A DNA stretch of 64,000 nucleotides from a virus, in IMG/VR virus record IMGVR_UViG_3300029305_006397; one strand, given 5' to 3'. A program made the translations under genes and the position numbers. The notes under the pieces were generated by a model. It saw only the letters and a list, made by a program, of their open reading frames with translations. It was not told where the DNA came from and did not search any database. Below are positions 1-9,735 of this stretch, in pieces (positions within the stretch are counted from its first letter, which is position 1; every line of letters starts with the position of its first letter).

Positions 1-433
1 TATCTTCTACGGGAAAACCTTGCTTTGCCAGTTCTAAGACAGCTTGCCATTTCCGCAATTCCATAATGTAAGCATCGAAATTCTCAGTAATAACATATTT
101 AGAACCGGCTTCCGCTTCTTCCCAAGCACCATATTCTTCATATTTTGTTTTCAACTTAGGATGTTTGTCCAAATAAAAATTCACCGTACCGGAATCAAGG
201 GTTTTCTTTCTTTCGCTGACAAGAACGCCATAAGCAATTGCAAAATACACACGGCAACAATCATCATCAAAACTATCTACAGATAGATTATTGTCCTCGA
301 AAATCAAATCCGGCTGTTTATAAATCGCAGCAATAATATTTGATTCTGCATTTCGCTTATATTCGAAAATTCTATTTATAATACGCTCTCGTTCAGCTTC
401 GAACGGAGTTTGTTTTTTGTTTTTTTCTGCCAT
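1..433 (-). CDS. DnaB-like replicative helicase, N-terminal part (gene runs off left edge)
   Basis: own translation from ATG at 433: MAEKNKKQTPFEAERERIINRIFEY...; spacing of conserved hydrophobics resembles the DnaB N-terminal domain; absent from ORF track because truncated. Confidence 0.4.
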   Translation of the reverse strand, partial: MAEKNKKQTPFEAERERIINRIFEYKRNAESNIIAAIYKQPDLIFEDNNLSVDSFDDDCCRVYFAIAYGVLVSERKKTLDSGTVNFYLDKHPKLKTKYEEYGAWEEAEAGSKYVITENFDAYIMELRKWQAVLELAKQGFPVED

Positions 434-450
434 GAGGAAAATCACCTCTA

Positions 451-1212
451 TTAGAATGCGTCTGCAAATACGCCAGTTTTTTCTTTAAGTTTTTTATCCG
501 AAGAATGAGCGTTTACATAACGCCCCATTTGTTCTTCATAGGTTTCAATGGGAACGGCAGATAATGCCCTATCTTGCATTGCACGTTCATGGGCTTTCAT
601 TGCTTCCAGTACCTGATTTAAGTGTTTTGCAACGATTGTGCATACATAAGAAAGTTTATGATAATCGCTGGAAAACTTCTTATTTTTTACTACCCAATCA
701 ATTTTATCTTTGCAGGCAATAAATGTATTTAAAACGACTCGATCAGAATAATTAGCCAGCGCTTCCTTTCTATAATCAGCAATTTTCTGCCCACGTTTTA
801 ATCCAACAAGCAAAAGCATCATATGCGAAGGAATATTTACTTCTTCGGGATAATGCAGAATCTCATACTTCACATGCCGATACAACAAATCCCAATCTGT
901 ATCGGACAGGTATTCTCGTCTTTTTCTTGTGCAGCCACAAGACAAGATTGTTTTTCGAGTCTTCTTTAATGTGTTATCTGCTACCTCAACTTCTTTGCCA
1001 CAATCACATCTGCAAAGCCAGGTTTTATTGGTTCCCTTGGGAGCTTCAGTGATGACATTTCCATTTTCATCTTTTCTTTTTTTGCCCCTGGTAGGTTTAT
1101 TGCCGACAAAAGCGATAACAGTGAGCATATCAAACTTTTTGCCAATCATATCGTTATCTTGAATGATTTCAACACACATATAAATCTCCTTTTGCCCCTT
1201 ATGGAAAACCAT
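451..1212 (-). CDS. hypothetical protein with zinc-ribbon-like CxC/CxC motif
   Basis: ORF track 253 aa; CRCDCG...SCGC. Confidence 0.6.
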   Translation of the reverse strand: MVFHKGQKEIYMCVEIIQDNDMIGKKFDMLTVIAFVGNKPTRGKKRKDENGNVITEAPKGTNKTWLCRCDCGKEVEVADNTLKKTRKTILSCGCTRKRREYLSDTDWDLLYRHVKYEILHYPEEVNIPSHMMLLLVGLKRGQKIADYRKEALANYSDRVVLNTFIACKDKIDWVVKNKKFSSDYHKLSYVCTIVAKHLNQVLEAMKAHERAMQDRALSAVPIETYEEQMGRYVNAHSSDKKLKEKTGVFADAF

Positions 1213-1229
1213 AAGGGGCGATAGACGAA

Positions 1230-2363
1230 TTAAGCTTCAGATTCAATCATTGCGAAAATGGTTTTTGCATCTTCAAGCTTGGTAATCTTGGAGGGATTTT
1301 CATATCCCAATTCCTTGCACTTCATGAGTACCGGACGGATAACTTCGATATTGGTTTTATTCTCAGTAAAGAACTGAATAATATTGGTAATCACAGCATT
1401 CAATTCATTCTTTACCGCAATGCCAGCCAAACGTGCCTCCTGCTGGGCAGACTGTTTGTTGCGAGCTTCATCAATGGATACGCCGGACTTGCTATGTTCG
1501 GCTGCAATGGCATCAGTAATTGCCTTAATAAGGGCATCAACATCCATAGGAATAGATTCAACGATATTGCTAAAGCGAGATTTGGAATCGATAACAAAAT
1601 TATCATCGCGGAAAGTAATCTTTCTGGTTTCTCCCTTTACAACGCCCTTTTCAATATCCTTGCCTGTAACGGCATTCTTCTTGCCAGTTTTCTGCTTTAC
1701 AATTTCACGATCTACCGCTGCAACGCCCAGGAAATGTACCTTAGTTTTAATGGCATTAAAATACTTCTGGGACATATTGGTGGTGAGCTGCATATAATCT
1801 TCGCCAGTGACGGGATCGGTGACATTGCGAGACTTTGTGTGACCGATTACGATAAAGGATACGCCCACCTTCTTCAACGCCCACAGGCGATCCAGAACGA
1901 TTTCAATTGCCTTTTCCTCACCTGCCTGGAAGCCGCCAAATGCACCCTTAATAGATTTGACGCGCTTGGTGGGGTTTTCATGGTTGTGCATAGCGATAAC
2001 TTCAGGTTCTGCAATAGCAAAGAGTTCATCATAGGTATCGACGACAACAACCTTCAGATCGGCCCAATCCGTAGTGCGATTATCTACAACGTCTTCCACG
2101 AAAGTATTGAAACCGATAGAGTTGGTTTCTTCATCGTATTCCTGATCCCATTCGGGGCAATTCAGGAAATTGATGCCATCAATTGCATCTGCACCATCTT
2201 CCTTACCAATTTCAAGGAACATGTATCCATCGGAGCCAGCAAGCTTTTCAACATACTGCTTGATAATAGTGGTTTTACCGATACCGGATTCGCCGATCAA
2301 CGCAAGATTATAAGCAAGCGGATCGATCTTGATTTCATTTTTCTTGCCATACTTCATTTTCAT
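1230..2363 (-). CDS. P-loop ATPase, Sak4/AAA_24-like recombination-replication ATPase
   Basis: Walker A GESGIGKT, Walker B VVVVDTYDE, IVIGHTK motif. Confidence 0.6.
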   Translation of the reverse strand: MKMKYGKKNEIKIDPLAYNLALIGESGIGKTTIIKQYVEKLAGSDGYMFLEIGKEDGADAIDGINFLNCPEWDQEYDEETNSIGFNTFVEDVVDNRTTDWADLKVVVVDTYDELFAIAEPEVIAMHNHENPTKRVKSIKGAFGGFQAGEEKAIEIVLDRLWALKKVGVSFIVIGHTKSRNVTDPVTGEDYMQLTTNMSQKYFNAIKTKVHFLGVAAVDREIVKQKTGKKNAVTGKDIEKGVVKGETRKITFRDDNFVIDSKSRFSNIVESIPMDVDALIKAITDAIAAEHSKSGVSIDEARNKQSAQQEARLAGIAVKNELNAVITNIIQFFTENKTNIEVIRPVLMKCKELGYENPSKITKLEDAKTIFAMIESEA

Positions 2364-2390
2364 ATCAACTATTGTCCTTTCACATTAATT

Positions 2391-2409
2391 TTTGCACTTA
2401 ATGTTTATT
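2391..2409 (-). promoter_or_regulatory. conserved phage motif copy
   Basis: AATAAACATTAAGTGCAAA on minus strand, 27 nt upstream of ATG 2363, overlapping the upstream stop codon. Confidence 0.45.
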
Positions 2410-3595
2410 GCAATTTATTAAGCCAATCAATAGAGAGCTCTGCATCTCCCATATCGATAGGATTATCATCATCCTCTTCGTCTTCTTCAACTTCTGCATT
2501 TTCAGAAGACATGCAAGGCAGAATTAAATCATCTTCGGTGTAGCGATTCTCGAACTTGAGCAGTACGGTGGTTTTATTATCTTCATCGCCTTCGTTACGA
2601 GTGAAAGGCTTGGTAAGCACCATTCGCTCAACGCGATTTCCATTTCCGGAACAACGTGCGATTGCTTCTTCCAGGCTGAAAATTTCAAGATCAACAAGAC
2701 CACGGATATCATCAGGAAGATCATCATAGGTAATAGAAGCAGAAGCCCTGCCAGACACAAATTCACCCTCAAAGGTGATCTGAGTATAGCCCTTACTTAC
2801 TTTGAAAAGCTTTTCCACAATCTTCTTGCACAGAGCTTCCTTTTCAAAGTTCATTCCAAATTCGTACTGGACATCAAAGGGGAACTGACTCTTTACTTCC
2901 TGGCCGTTGTATTCTTTCATATAATCGAGAACTTTAGCATCAACGAACATTACGCCCTTTTCCTTATCAACATTTTTAAGGGAAGCGGAAAGCTTATCGA
3001 GCAAAATAGACTGGGTAAAACGAGCATGATGATATTCTTCCGCAGCTTCAGAAAGAATAATGGTATCGATATTCTTGCGAATCTGGACACGATCCTGATA
3101 CATGGAGTAACGCAAGGAGCCGCGCACATTTACGGTAGTACCATCTTCCAGATGATCCTTAATGTAAGCAATTGCATCATAAGCAGACAAGAACTTCTTG
3201 CGGAAAAGCTTATTCTTTGTGGTCTTTTCAAGGCCAACAGTGATAAAGGAGCGATCGCCAATCTTTTCCAGAATAGATTCATCAAAGCGATCTTCCCAGG
3301 CGACCTCAATCTGATCATCATAATTATCGGAGCCATCGTCATTTTTGCCGTGGGCATAGATGACACCAGGCTTTTCGTCGCTATAGCCTCCCATAAGTTC
3401 AGCATAAACAATGCCGTTTTTATCGCCGCAATCTATACCCAGATACATGTTGTTATAAATCCAGGAAGACTTTTCGGCATGTTCATCAATTTTAAAAGTT
3501 TTTTCGGTAACTTTGGCCTTGCCCGTCAGGTTGAAGGAAGAAATCCAGTCGGTACGGTTAATGGTCTTTTTAGAGGTGTTTGTTTTTTTAGCCAT
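2405..3595 (-). CDS. putative single-stranded DNA-binding protein
   Basis: 396 aa with strongly acidic C-terminal tail EVEEDEEDDDNPIDMGD, next to recombination ATPase; inference. Confidence 0.4.
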   Translation of the reverse strand: MAKKTNTSKKTINRTDWISSFNLTGKAKVTEKTFKIDEHAEKSSWIYNNMYLGIDCGDKNGIVYAELMGGYSDEKPGVIYAHGKNDDGSDNYDDQIEVAWEDRFDESILEKIGDRSFITVGLEKTTKNKLFRKKFLSAYDAIAYIKDHLEDGTTVNVRGSLRYSMYQDRVQIRKNIDTIILSEAAEEYHHARFTQSILLDKLSASLKNVDKEKGVMFVDAKVLDYMKEYNGQEVKSQFPFDVQYEFGMNFEKEALCKKIVEKLFKVSKGYTQITFEGEFVSGRASASITYDDLPDDIRGLVDLEIFSLEEAIARCSGNGNRVERMVLTKPFTRNEGDEDNKTTVLLKFENRYTEDDLILPCMSSENAEVEEDEEDDDNPIDMGDAELSIDWLNKLQ

Positions 3596-3648
3596 AATAT
3601 TATTTCTCCTTTGAAATAAGATATATATACTAAAAGCAAATTAGCTTA

Positions 3649-4071
3649 TTAGTTAAGATAAAACTCTACCAGGTGTTCAACAGCACCTTTTAAGCCGGAG
3701 CACATACGAGTGCAGCATTCAAGAAGCCAAGGATGCAAAGATTTGGAATCTCCAAATCCAATCACCGGAATGCGATATTCCTTGGCGATTGCCAATTCCA
3801 TAGCAGTTCCAATGCTGGATGGATTGTTGAAATTTACTACAACAACATCGGACTTTCGAAGCATAGCCAGATCAAATTCCATGGCTTCGCGTTCGCAAGT
3901 ATGTGCATTGGTAAAAACAGAATAATAATCCGGAGGAGAAAAAACGGTAAAAGGCTTAGACGGAGCATATTGGAACTTCAATGCATCTTTTATACGATTT
4001 CTCCATTCCGTCTGATCCACAAGAGACATACCAGTCATTCCGCCAGAAAGATAGATGCGAACTTCATTCAT
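3649..4071 (-). CDS. nucleoside 2-deoxyribosyltransferase-like protein
   Basis: IYLSGGM...SDVVVVNF...GTAMELAIAKEYRIPVIGF pattern of the NDT/Rcl fold. Confidence 0.45.
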   Translation of the reverse strand: MNEVRIYLSGGMTGMSLVDQTEWRNRIKDALKFQYAPSKPFTVFSPPDYYSVFTNAHTCEREAMEFDLAMLRKSDVVVVNFNNPSSIGTAMELAIAKEYRIPVIGFGDSKSLHPWLLECCTRMCSGLKGAVEHLVEFYLN

Positions 4072-4510
4072 TGGTATCTACATCCTTTTCCGTAATTTCT
4101 TTTGCATGCCTCGGCAACAAATCTGCATTTTGCAGGACATTTCCAATGACTTCTATGTAAGGAGACATCGATTTTTCAATGGGATAAAAATGCATTTCGA
4201 TATCATCGAGCATGATATATCCGCAGAGTTCTTCTGCGAAAGAAATGACACCGACAACTTCTTTATCTTCCAGTGGCAATGCTAATTTGCAAATATCACC
4301 TTCGTGAATATCGACATACTTTTTATCACAGATTCCAATAGCATTGTGATACTTATAATCGGTAAAAGACAGACGCCGGATTTTGCCAAATGAAAGAAAC
4401 GCTCTTTTCCATTGGTAAAGATCACCATCCGGAGAAAGGAATGCATTATCTGAACTGGATAAGAATCGAGATTCGGGAATAGAATAAACTCTAAAGGACA
4501 TGGTTATCAC
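4064..4510 (-). CDS. YopX-like protein
   Basis: C-terminal IEVIGNVLQNADLL resembles the YopX EVIGNI..NPELL signature. Confidence 0.4.
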   Translation of the reverse strand: MITMSFRVYSIPESRFLSSSDNAFLSPDGDLYQWKRAFLSFGKIRRLSFTDYKYHNAIGICDKKYVDIHEGDICKLALPLEDKEVVGVISFAEELCGYIMLDDIEMHFYPIEKSMSPYIEVIGNVLQNADLLPRHAKEITEKDVDTNE

Positions 4511-5164
4511 CTACTTTATATAAGTTCTATTATCTTTTAATTCCCTTGATTTGAGAATGAAAGAACGATAAGTTTCGTAGTTAAGAATACAAGTGTCGAA
4601 TCCAGAATTAACGTCAATAAGACGCTCTCCGCAAGCCAATTCAAAACTATTAGCCGCAGCAACAATATAAATAGTAGAATCAGGATTTTCGCGAATCAAA
4701 AAATTAAAAAGATGCTCTTTAACTTCAAGAATATTATCGATAGATAACCCGGAATCAATCGCATCAAATAAGAACCACAGTTCAGGTTCGCCGCGATAAT
4801 TCCTGCAAAACCTGCCTATTTTCGCAGCCATTTGACCAAGGGCAAGAATAATATTTTCACCTTCGCTTGAACACATGGCTGTACCAACCAGATTCCAATC
4901 CTGTTGGAGTGCAGCCGCGCCTTTTACATATTCAGCGCCATCGGTAAGATTATTAAAGGCAATAACCGGAATATTAGAAGATTCAAGCTGATCTTTTAAT
5001 TGACGAAGCAAAGTGGTTTTTCCAGACCCATTACATCCACCCAATATGTTGACGCCAGGGGTGAAAACATAATTTCGATCCGCAAGTATCGCACATCCAG
5101 TATCCATATAATCCGGATGAAATTTAAAGGATTTAGAATAAACGTCTGTATTCATAATCATCAC
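4511..5164 (-). CDS. ATP-binding protein (ABC/AAA-type P-loop)
   Basis: GGCNGSGKTTLL Walker A; LWFLFDAIDSGL Walker B-like. Confidence 0.6.
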   Translation of the reverse strand: MMIMNTDVYSKSFKFHPDYMDTGCAILADRNYVFTPGVNILGGCNGSGKTTLLRQLKDQLESSNIPVIAFNNLTDGAEYVKGAAALQQDWNLVGTAMCSSEGENIILALGQMAAKIGRFCRNYRGEPELWFLFDAIDSGLSIDNILEVKEHLFNFLIRENPDSTIYIVAAANSFELACGERLIDVNSGFDTCILNYETYRSFILKSRELKDNRTYIK

Positions 5165-5171
5165 CTACAAG

Positions 5172-5489
5172 TTACATATCCATACTTTCGATTAACGGAT
5201 AACAGAACCAATGCCATACATAAGGATCAGACGTTGCAACAGTGGTATTCAAAAAAGAATCCAAGTGATTATAAAATGCTGGGGTACTTAGATTATGCCC
5301 AGTTCCGGCTCTGAACACGACCCATTCCTGTGGATCAGCCATTGTATCGACAACAGCCCACAAGCAAGCACAGCCATCTTTATAATCAACCTTTAGAGGC
5401 TTAATGATCGGCGCAGTTACATATTGGGTTTCAAAGAAGTCCAAAGAGAATTTACGAATTGTAATCACAGCAAGCACTCCCTTTTGCAT
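5172..5489 (-). CDS. hypothetical protein
   Basis: tiled minus-strand ORF, no motif. Confidence 0.55.
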   Translation of the reverse strand: MQKGVLAVITIRKFSLDFFETQYVTAPIIKPLKVDYKDGCACLWAVVDTMADPQEWVVFRAGTGHNLSTPAFYNHLDSFLNTTVATSDPYVWHWFCYPLIESMDM

Positions 5490-5932
5490 GTGTTGATTGC
5501 ATATAGGGAAATTCGAGCAAACTTAGAAACATCGCCGCATTTTCCTTCCGAAAGCGCAGAATAATGGGAAATAGCATTTTCCACATCATCCGAAGAATAG
5601 GATTCAAACGGAAGTTTTCTTTCGTTGGAAGTGGGCATATGCAACCAGATTCGCCAATCAATACCGTAGTCATATTCGCGAAGAAAATCATCCGGATTTG
5701 CGCCAAAGACACCGACCAGGTAATCATCATAAAAATCTACGACACCAGCGGATAAACCGGATGCAGCACGTTCTATAAAACAGGGAAAACCAATGCAATC
5801 CATTTTTTCATCGAAGTATTCATAAACATCGCGAACTTCTTTAAGGGTTAAAGGACGAGATTCATTCATTAATTGATCGAACTGTACTTGAGTCATGTAA
5901 AACCACCAGCTTTCTAAGTGCATCATTTTCAT
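5465..5932 (-). CDS. hypothetical protein (start uncertain, ATG 5896 possible)
   Basis: tiled minus-strand ORF, no motif. Confidence 0.55.
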   Translation of the reverse strand: MKMMHLESWWFYMTQVQFDQLMNESRPLTLKEVRDVYEYFDEKMDCIGFPCFIERAASGLSAGVVDFYDDYLVGVFGANPDDFLREYDYGIDWRIWLHMPTSNERKLPFESYSSDDVENAISHYSALSEGKCGDVSKFARISLYAINTCKRECLL

Positions 5933-6095
5933 TTTGTAGAGCTTTAATGGCGAGTTCGTCTACACCGGATTGATGACGAAGCTGCCATAGTTCTTTGCGA
6001 TCCTGTTGATTTGTAGTATGTCCATGTTTAAATCCAAGAGAATATGCCATAACGGATATAAGCAAGAGTATAAGCATTAAGAATGGGAAGTCCAT
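5862..6095 (-). CDS. small membrane protein
   Basis: N-terminal hydrophobic helix FPFLMLILLLISVMAY. Confidence 0.45.
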   Translation of the reverse strand: MDFPFLMLILLLISVMAYSLGFKHGHTTNQQDRKELWQLRHQSGVDELAIKALQNENDALRKLVVLHDSSTVRSINE

Positions 6096-6307
6096 AAAGA
6101 ATCACCACCGGAAGATGAATTATAGCGACGAACTGCCAACGCATGTGCAAAATTGCTTCTTACTTCTTCAGACATAGAATCGGCCTCTTCAAACCAGAAA
6201 ATATCAGGAGAAGTGGAATGACAGCACGGGCACTGATAATTCTTGTACATTTTATACATCACCACACCTGACGGACAATACGGACACAGAATTTCTTTTT
6301 TATTCAT
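6077..6307 (-). CDS. small zinc-ribbon protein
   Basis: CPYC...CPCC; start moved to internal ATG 6307 to avoid overlap. Confidence 0.5.
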   Translation of the reverse strand: MNKKEILCPYCPSGVVMYKMYKNYQCPCCHSTSPDIFWFEEADSMSEEVRSNFAHALAVRRYNSSSGGDSLWTSHS

Positions 6308-6494
6308 TTTGAACCAACTTCTTTCGTTTAGGATTACAATTAGGACAATATGTAGATTTGCCGATTGACCAACCTTTAGATCGCAAATGTTCTTTAGCTT
6401 CATTCATTGTAACTATTTGAGATGCCCACCATTCACCACATTGATCACAGGAGCAATGAATTTGAGATTCAAAAACAATAGGCATAGATTTCAC
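6300..6494 (-). CDS. small zinc-ribbon protein
   Basis: CSCDQC...CPNC. Confidence 0.55.
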   Translation of the reverse strand: MKSMPIVFESQIHCSCDQCGEWWASQIVTMNEAKEHLRSKGWSIGKSTYCPNCNPKRKKLVQNE

Positions 6495-6763
6495 CTCTCG
6501 TGGATAATTATCTCACCTTCAAAAAAGCCATAGGTGCTATCCACAAAATAACGATGGGTTTCCGCAGGATCATCTGCGGGACGCTCCTTGGTTAAAATCC
6601 AAAGATCGTCATCCTTCCAAGTAACAACTTCCAGTTCCTGACCAGCCTGAAGATCTACTTCATAGGTTCCGCCCCAATTTCGAGCAATACTTTGCTGAGT
6701 GCAGCCAGTTAATATCAAAACGAGAGCAAGAAACAAAACAAAGGTTACAATTTTCTTATTCAT
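6491..6763 (-). CDS. putative lipoprotein
   Basis: start moved to MNKKIVTFVLFLALVLILTGC (signal peptide plus lipobox), SD AAAGGAG upstream. Confidence 0.6.
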   Translation of the reverse strand: MNKKIVTFVLFLALVLILTGCTQQSIARNWGGTYEVDLQAGQELEVVTWKDDDLWILTKERPADDPAETHRYFVDSTYGFFEGEIIIHER

Positions 6764-6776
6764 AAAGTCACTCCTT

Positions 6777-7106
6777 TTAGCAATGCGTAATGACCGAATC
6801 CGCATCAGACTCTTCCTTATCCCAGTTATCAATGAGTTTTTGAATGTGTTCGACTTGCTTCTGAAGATAATCCAGATACATATCTTCACAAAACCACATG
6901 GCTTCTTCCAGGGAATCGGCTTCAAAATCGCCAAAGGATAGAATATCTGATGCGTACCACCAACGCCCCTGAACATCTTTATCAGCAGTAAGACTTAAAA
7001 TGTTGCTGCCGATCTGACCGACCCAATAATACATGGCATAAAAGCAACGATCATCTGAAAAGACTTCAAACCAATGCTTATTAATTTGCTTCATGTTTTC
7101 CGGCAT
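6777..7106 (-). CDS. hypothetical protein
   Basis: start at ATG 7106 with GGAGGAA SD. Confidence 0.55.
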   Translation of the reverse strand: MPENMKQINKHWFEVFSDDRCFYAMYYWVGQIGSNILSLTADKDVQGRWWYASDILSFGDFEADSLEEAMWFCEDMYLDYLQKQVEHIQKLIDNWDKEESDADSVITHC

Positions 7107-7506
7107 AATATGCTTCCTCCAAAAGATCAGGATTATCAAAAATATTGCCGATAACTTCACCACGAAGGATAAAATTTAAATCTGATAAGGCATAGACGGA
7201 ATCAATCAATCGTTCTTTGCGTCCTACAAAGAAAATTCCTTTGTGATAATAAACTTTCCCAACAGGCTCATTGATATCAAATTGACGAAGTAAAAATGGA
7301 TCAATACGGACAATATCATGTTCACAAACCTCGCAATTGTTTATATCTTTAATACCTATATAGCGTCCAACCGTATCAGGATCGACGGGATAGGCAACAC
7401 CGTTAAGGTCTGTAATAAAATGGCGTTCGTTATTAAGTTTGGTATAACCGCCAAATACCCATTCCCCTCCATTTAAGCGCTTACCGCGACATCTTAAATC
7501 GATCAT
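7081..7506 (-). CDS. YopX family protein
   Basis: GEWVFGGY..., C-terminal GEVIGNIFDNPDLLEE typical of YopX. Confidence 0.75.
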   Translation of the reverse strand: MIDLRCRGKRLNGGEWVFGGYTKLNNERHFITDLNGVAYPVDPDTVGRYIGIKDINNCEVCEHDIVRIDPFLLRQFDINEPVGKVYYHKGIFFVGRKERLIDSVYALSDLNFILRGEVIGNIFDNPDLLEEAYYAGKHEAN

Positions 7507-7511
7507 AGAAA

Positions 7512-7727
7512 TTACTCCTTATTCAAGTTGATATATTTACTCAGAAACATATTACAACAATCCGAAAATGAAGATTTATGGTATTGAGATTGATCGTATT
7601 TCAAGCAATGAAATTCAGAGCTGACATGCATTGCTTGAATCAACTTGTCTACCAAGCGTTTATATCTTGCTTCGTGCTGTTGTAAGACAAGAGATGCTTT
7701 GTAAATTTGGCGTTTACGATTGTTCAT
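7512..7727 (-). CDS. hypothetical protein
   Basis: start at ATG 7727 with GAGAGGTG SD. Confidence 0.5.
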   Translation of the reverse strand: MNNRKRQIYKASLVLQQHEARYKRLVDKLIQAMHVSSEFHCLKYDQSQYHKSSFSDCCNMFLSKYINLNKE

Positions 7728-7774
7728 ATTGACACCTCTCAACGACAACAAACTATGGACAATATCATGTAAGA

Positions 7775-8251
7775 TCACCTAATCATGGGACGCGGAAAAT
7801 CTGCAAAATGCGTGACGACTATACCATTTCTACCTTCATCTGCAAAATGAGGTTCCCATCGTTCTTCATCCTGACCAGTTTCTTCATTATGCACACAGCG
7901 AAACAATAACCAATCCATACAACAATAGTAAGCATAACGTTCTTCGTCAGGATCAAATGGAATATCATCATACCTAAACATGCAACGACAAAGATAGCGA
8001 CCGAAGTTTTTAAGGTTTTCTGCCTCTTCACGCTTATGCCAAACAAGTTGATTTTTCACATTTGCTTCAAGTTCTTTGATGCACAGCTCTGCATCATTCA
8101 TAAGATGAGAACCAGGTACTTCATCTCGCTTATCATAGCCTTCTTTACATTCGGAATCATAAGGACAGGTTTCGCATGTGGCATCGAAAGGATCGGCACG
8201 ACTACAACAATGCAGTCCAGCTTTAACTCGATCAATTGTCTGTTGATTCAT
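7775..8251 (-). CDS. hypothetical cysteine-rich protein
   Basis: tiled minus-strand ORF. Confidence 0.6.
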   Translation of the reverse strand: MNQQTIDRVKAGLHCCSRADPFDATCETCPYDSECKEGYDKRDEVPGSHLMNDAELCIKELEANVKNQLVWHKREEAENLKNFGRYLCRCMFRYDDIPFDPDEERYAYYCCMDWLLFRCVHNEETGQDEERWEPHFADEGRNGIVVTHFADFPRPMIR

Positions 8252-8609
8252 CTTCGACCACCCAAATTCTCAAAGTATTTTCGTCTGCTACAAATTGATC
8301 TATCGGATATTTGAGACAGGAATCCGATAAACGACGCAAAAGAGAATAGGCTTCGCCATATACAACATCGGCATCTTTGTCACCAAATCTCACTTCGACT
8401 TTCTGTGTATCAGGAAGATAATCGAGGAAATCACCAAGGTTCATTCGAGGATAATTCTTAAAATAATGATCTACACCTTGACGGACACGCAAAACATTAA
8501 CCAAATACGCTCCATTGGTATATACGCATTCTGCATCTTTAAATTTTTCATAATTTATAAATTCATCAAAAGTTCTAGGGAAATCCATCTGGGCACCCAT
8601 ATTATTCAC
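8232..8609 (-). CDS. hypothetical protein
   Basis: tiled minus-strand ORF, no motif. Confidence 0.6.
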   Translation of the reverse strand: MNNMGAQMDFPRTFDEFINYEKFKDAECVYTNGAYLVNVLRVRQGVDHYFKNYPRMNLGDFLDYLPDTQKVEVRFGDKDADVVYGEAYSLLRRLSDSCLKYPIDQFVADENTLRIWVVEDESTDN

Positions 8610-9012
8610 CTTCTTTATTTTTTTTAGGCAGAGGCATCAAGTTTAGATAATGACGCTTGCCTTTAATTTTCACATATCGACCTTTACGATTGAAATAACA
8701 TTCCTTCATTACGGTAAGATCAGGGTAATACCCATCAACATATCGAAGCGATACAAATCCACCAGCATCGGATACAACCTGAATATTCTCAGCCAAATCA
8801 AAGGGAGTTTTTCGAATATAAGGTCTTTGGCATTTGCCACAAAACATATTGCTTTCTAAATTGGTGTATACAATATCATGGACGCCAAGACTTTTACCGC
8901 AGCATTCGCAGAATAATTCTGCACATCTGTATGGCATTTTATCAGGAGATTCAGCCCATTTGCGACCGCTTTTAATTAGTTTATCTTCCTGTTTTTGCCA
9001 GAGCTTCCCCAT
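8602..9012 (-). CDS. hypothetical zinc-finger protein
   Basis: CECCGK...CGKC; start at ATG 9012 with AAGGAGGAA SD. Confidence 0.55.
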   Translation of the reverse strand: MGKLWQKQEDKLIKSGRKWAESPDKMPYRCAELFCECCGKSLGVHDIVYTNLESNMFCGKCQRPYIRKTPFDLAENIQVVSDAGGFVSLRYVDGYYPDLTVMKECYFNRKGRYVKIKGKRHYLNLMPLPKKNKEGE

Positions 9013-9181
9013 ATTCTTCCTCCTTTGCAGCTGCATCTTGAAGTATCCTTTGAGCATCAAGCATATCGCGCAGATAATCTAAATTATCCATGTCAGGATC
9101 GCTGCGAATATCATGAAGTAAATTTATTTCAATGAACAATGCAAGATTTCTGCATTGGCTTTTTGAGAGTTCAACCTTCAT
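8981..9181 (-). CDS. hypothetical protein
   Basis: tiled minus-strand ORF, start uncertain. Confidence 0.45.
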   Translation of the reverse strand: MKVELSKSQCRNLALFIEINLLHDIRSDPDMDNLDYLRDMLDAQRILQDAAAKEEEYGEALAKTGR

Positions 9182-9392
9182 TGTCAACCTCATTTCGAGC
9201 AATGCCAGCATTTGCCCACATCACACATTCTTCCAATTTGGTCATAGCCAAAGATTTCTCACGGCTGTCAGGTGTATGCATATCAATCATGTAAGCAAGT
9301 TCCTTAGCTTGTGCCCGAATCATAGCATACTTGGCAGGCTGTCCATCCTTGGATGGATGATATGTAAAGTTATTTTCAATTTGCTGGTTCAT
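9171..9392 (-). CDS. hypothetical protein
   Basis: tiled minus-strand ORF, no motif. Confidence 0.55.
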   Translation of the reverse strand: MNQQIENNFTYHPSKDGQPAKYAMIRAQAKELAYMIDMHTPDSREKSLAMTKLEECVMWANAGIARNEVDNEG

Positions 9393-9735
9393 GTATTATG
9401 TCCTCCATTTCATACGAAATAAGCTTTCGTGCAATGCGCTTCCAAAATGCTTCTTTTTTGGGAGTCATTTCTTCTTGAATGTCAATTCTTTTCTCAGCGT
9501 CTTCTTTCAAATAAACCACTTTAGATATGCTTGTGTACATAATTCCACAACGTTGACAAAAATTAGGAAGTGGAACTCCGGCATATGTGCATTTATAGCC
9601 GCAACAGCCACATGTATACAAATTGTTTCTTAAATGAGATTGACTCAAATATCCAAAATCAAGAGCGTTATCAGGTATCATACTTAGCCTCATAAATCTT
9701 AAAATTAAACCATGGATTATCATGCATATTGTCAA
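9376..9735 (-). CDS. hypothetical zinc-ribbon protein
   Basis: CGCCGYKC...CQRC. Confidence 0.5.
   Translation of the reverse strand: MTICMIIHGLILRFMRLSMIPDNALDFGYLSQSHLRNNLYTCGCCGYKCTYAGVPLPNFCQRCGIMYTSISKVVYLKEDAEKRIDIQEEMTPKKEAFWKRIARKLISYEMEDIIHEPAN

Noticed and set aside
1494-2543. 349-aa plus-strand ORF; likewise 39357..40556 (399 aa), 25802..26611 (269 aa) and 47674..48402 (242 aa)
   Set aside because: They lie antisense to well-supported minus-strand genes or ribozyme gaps. They have low-complexity, F/I/L-rich translations and no SD. They are shadow ORFs.
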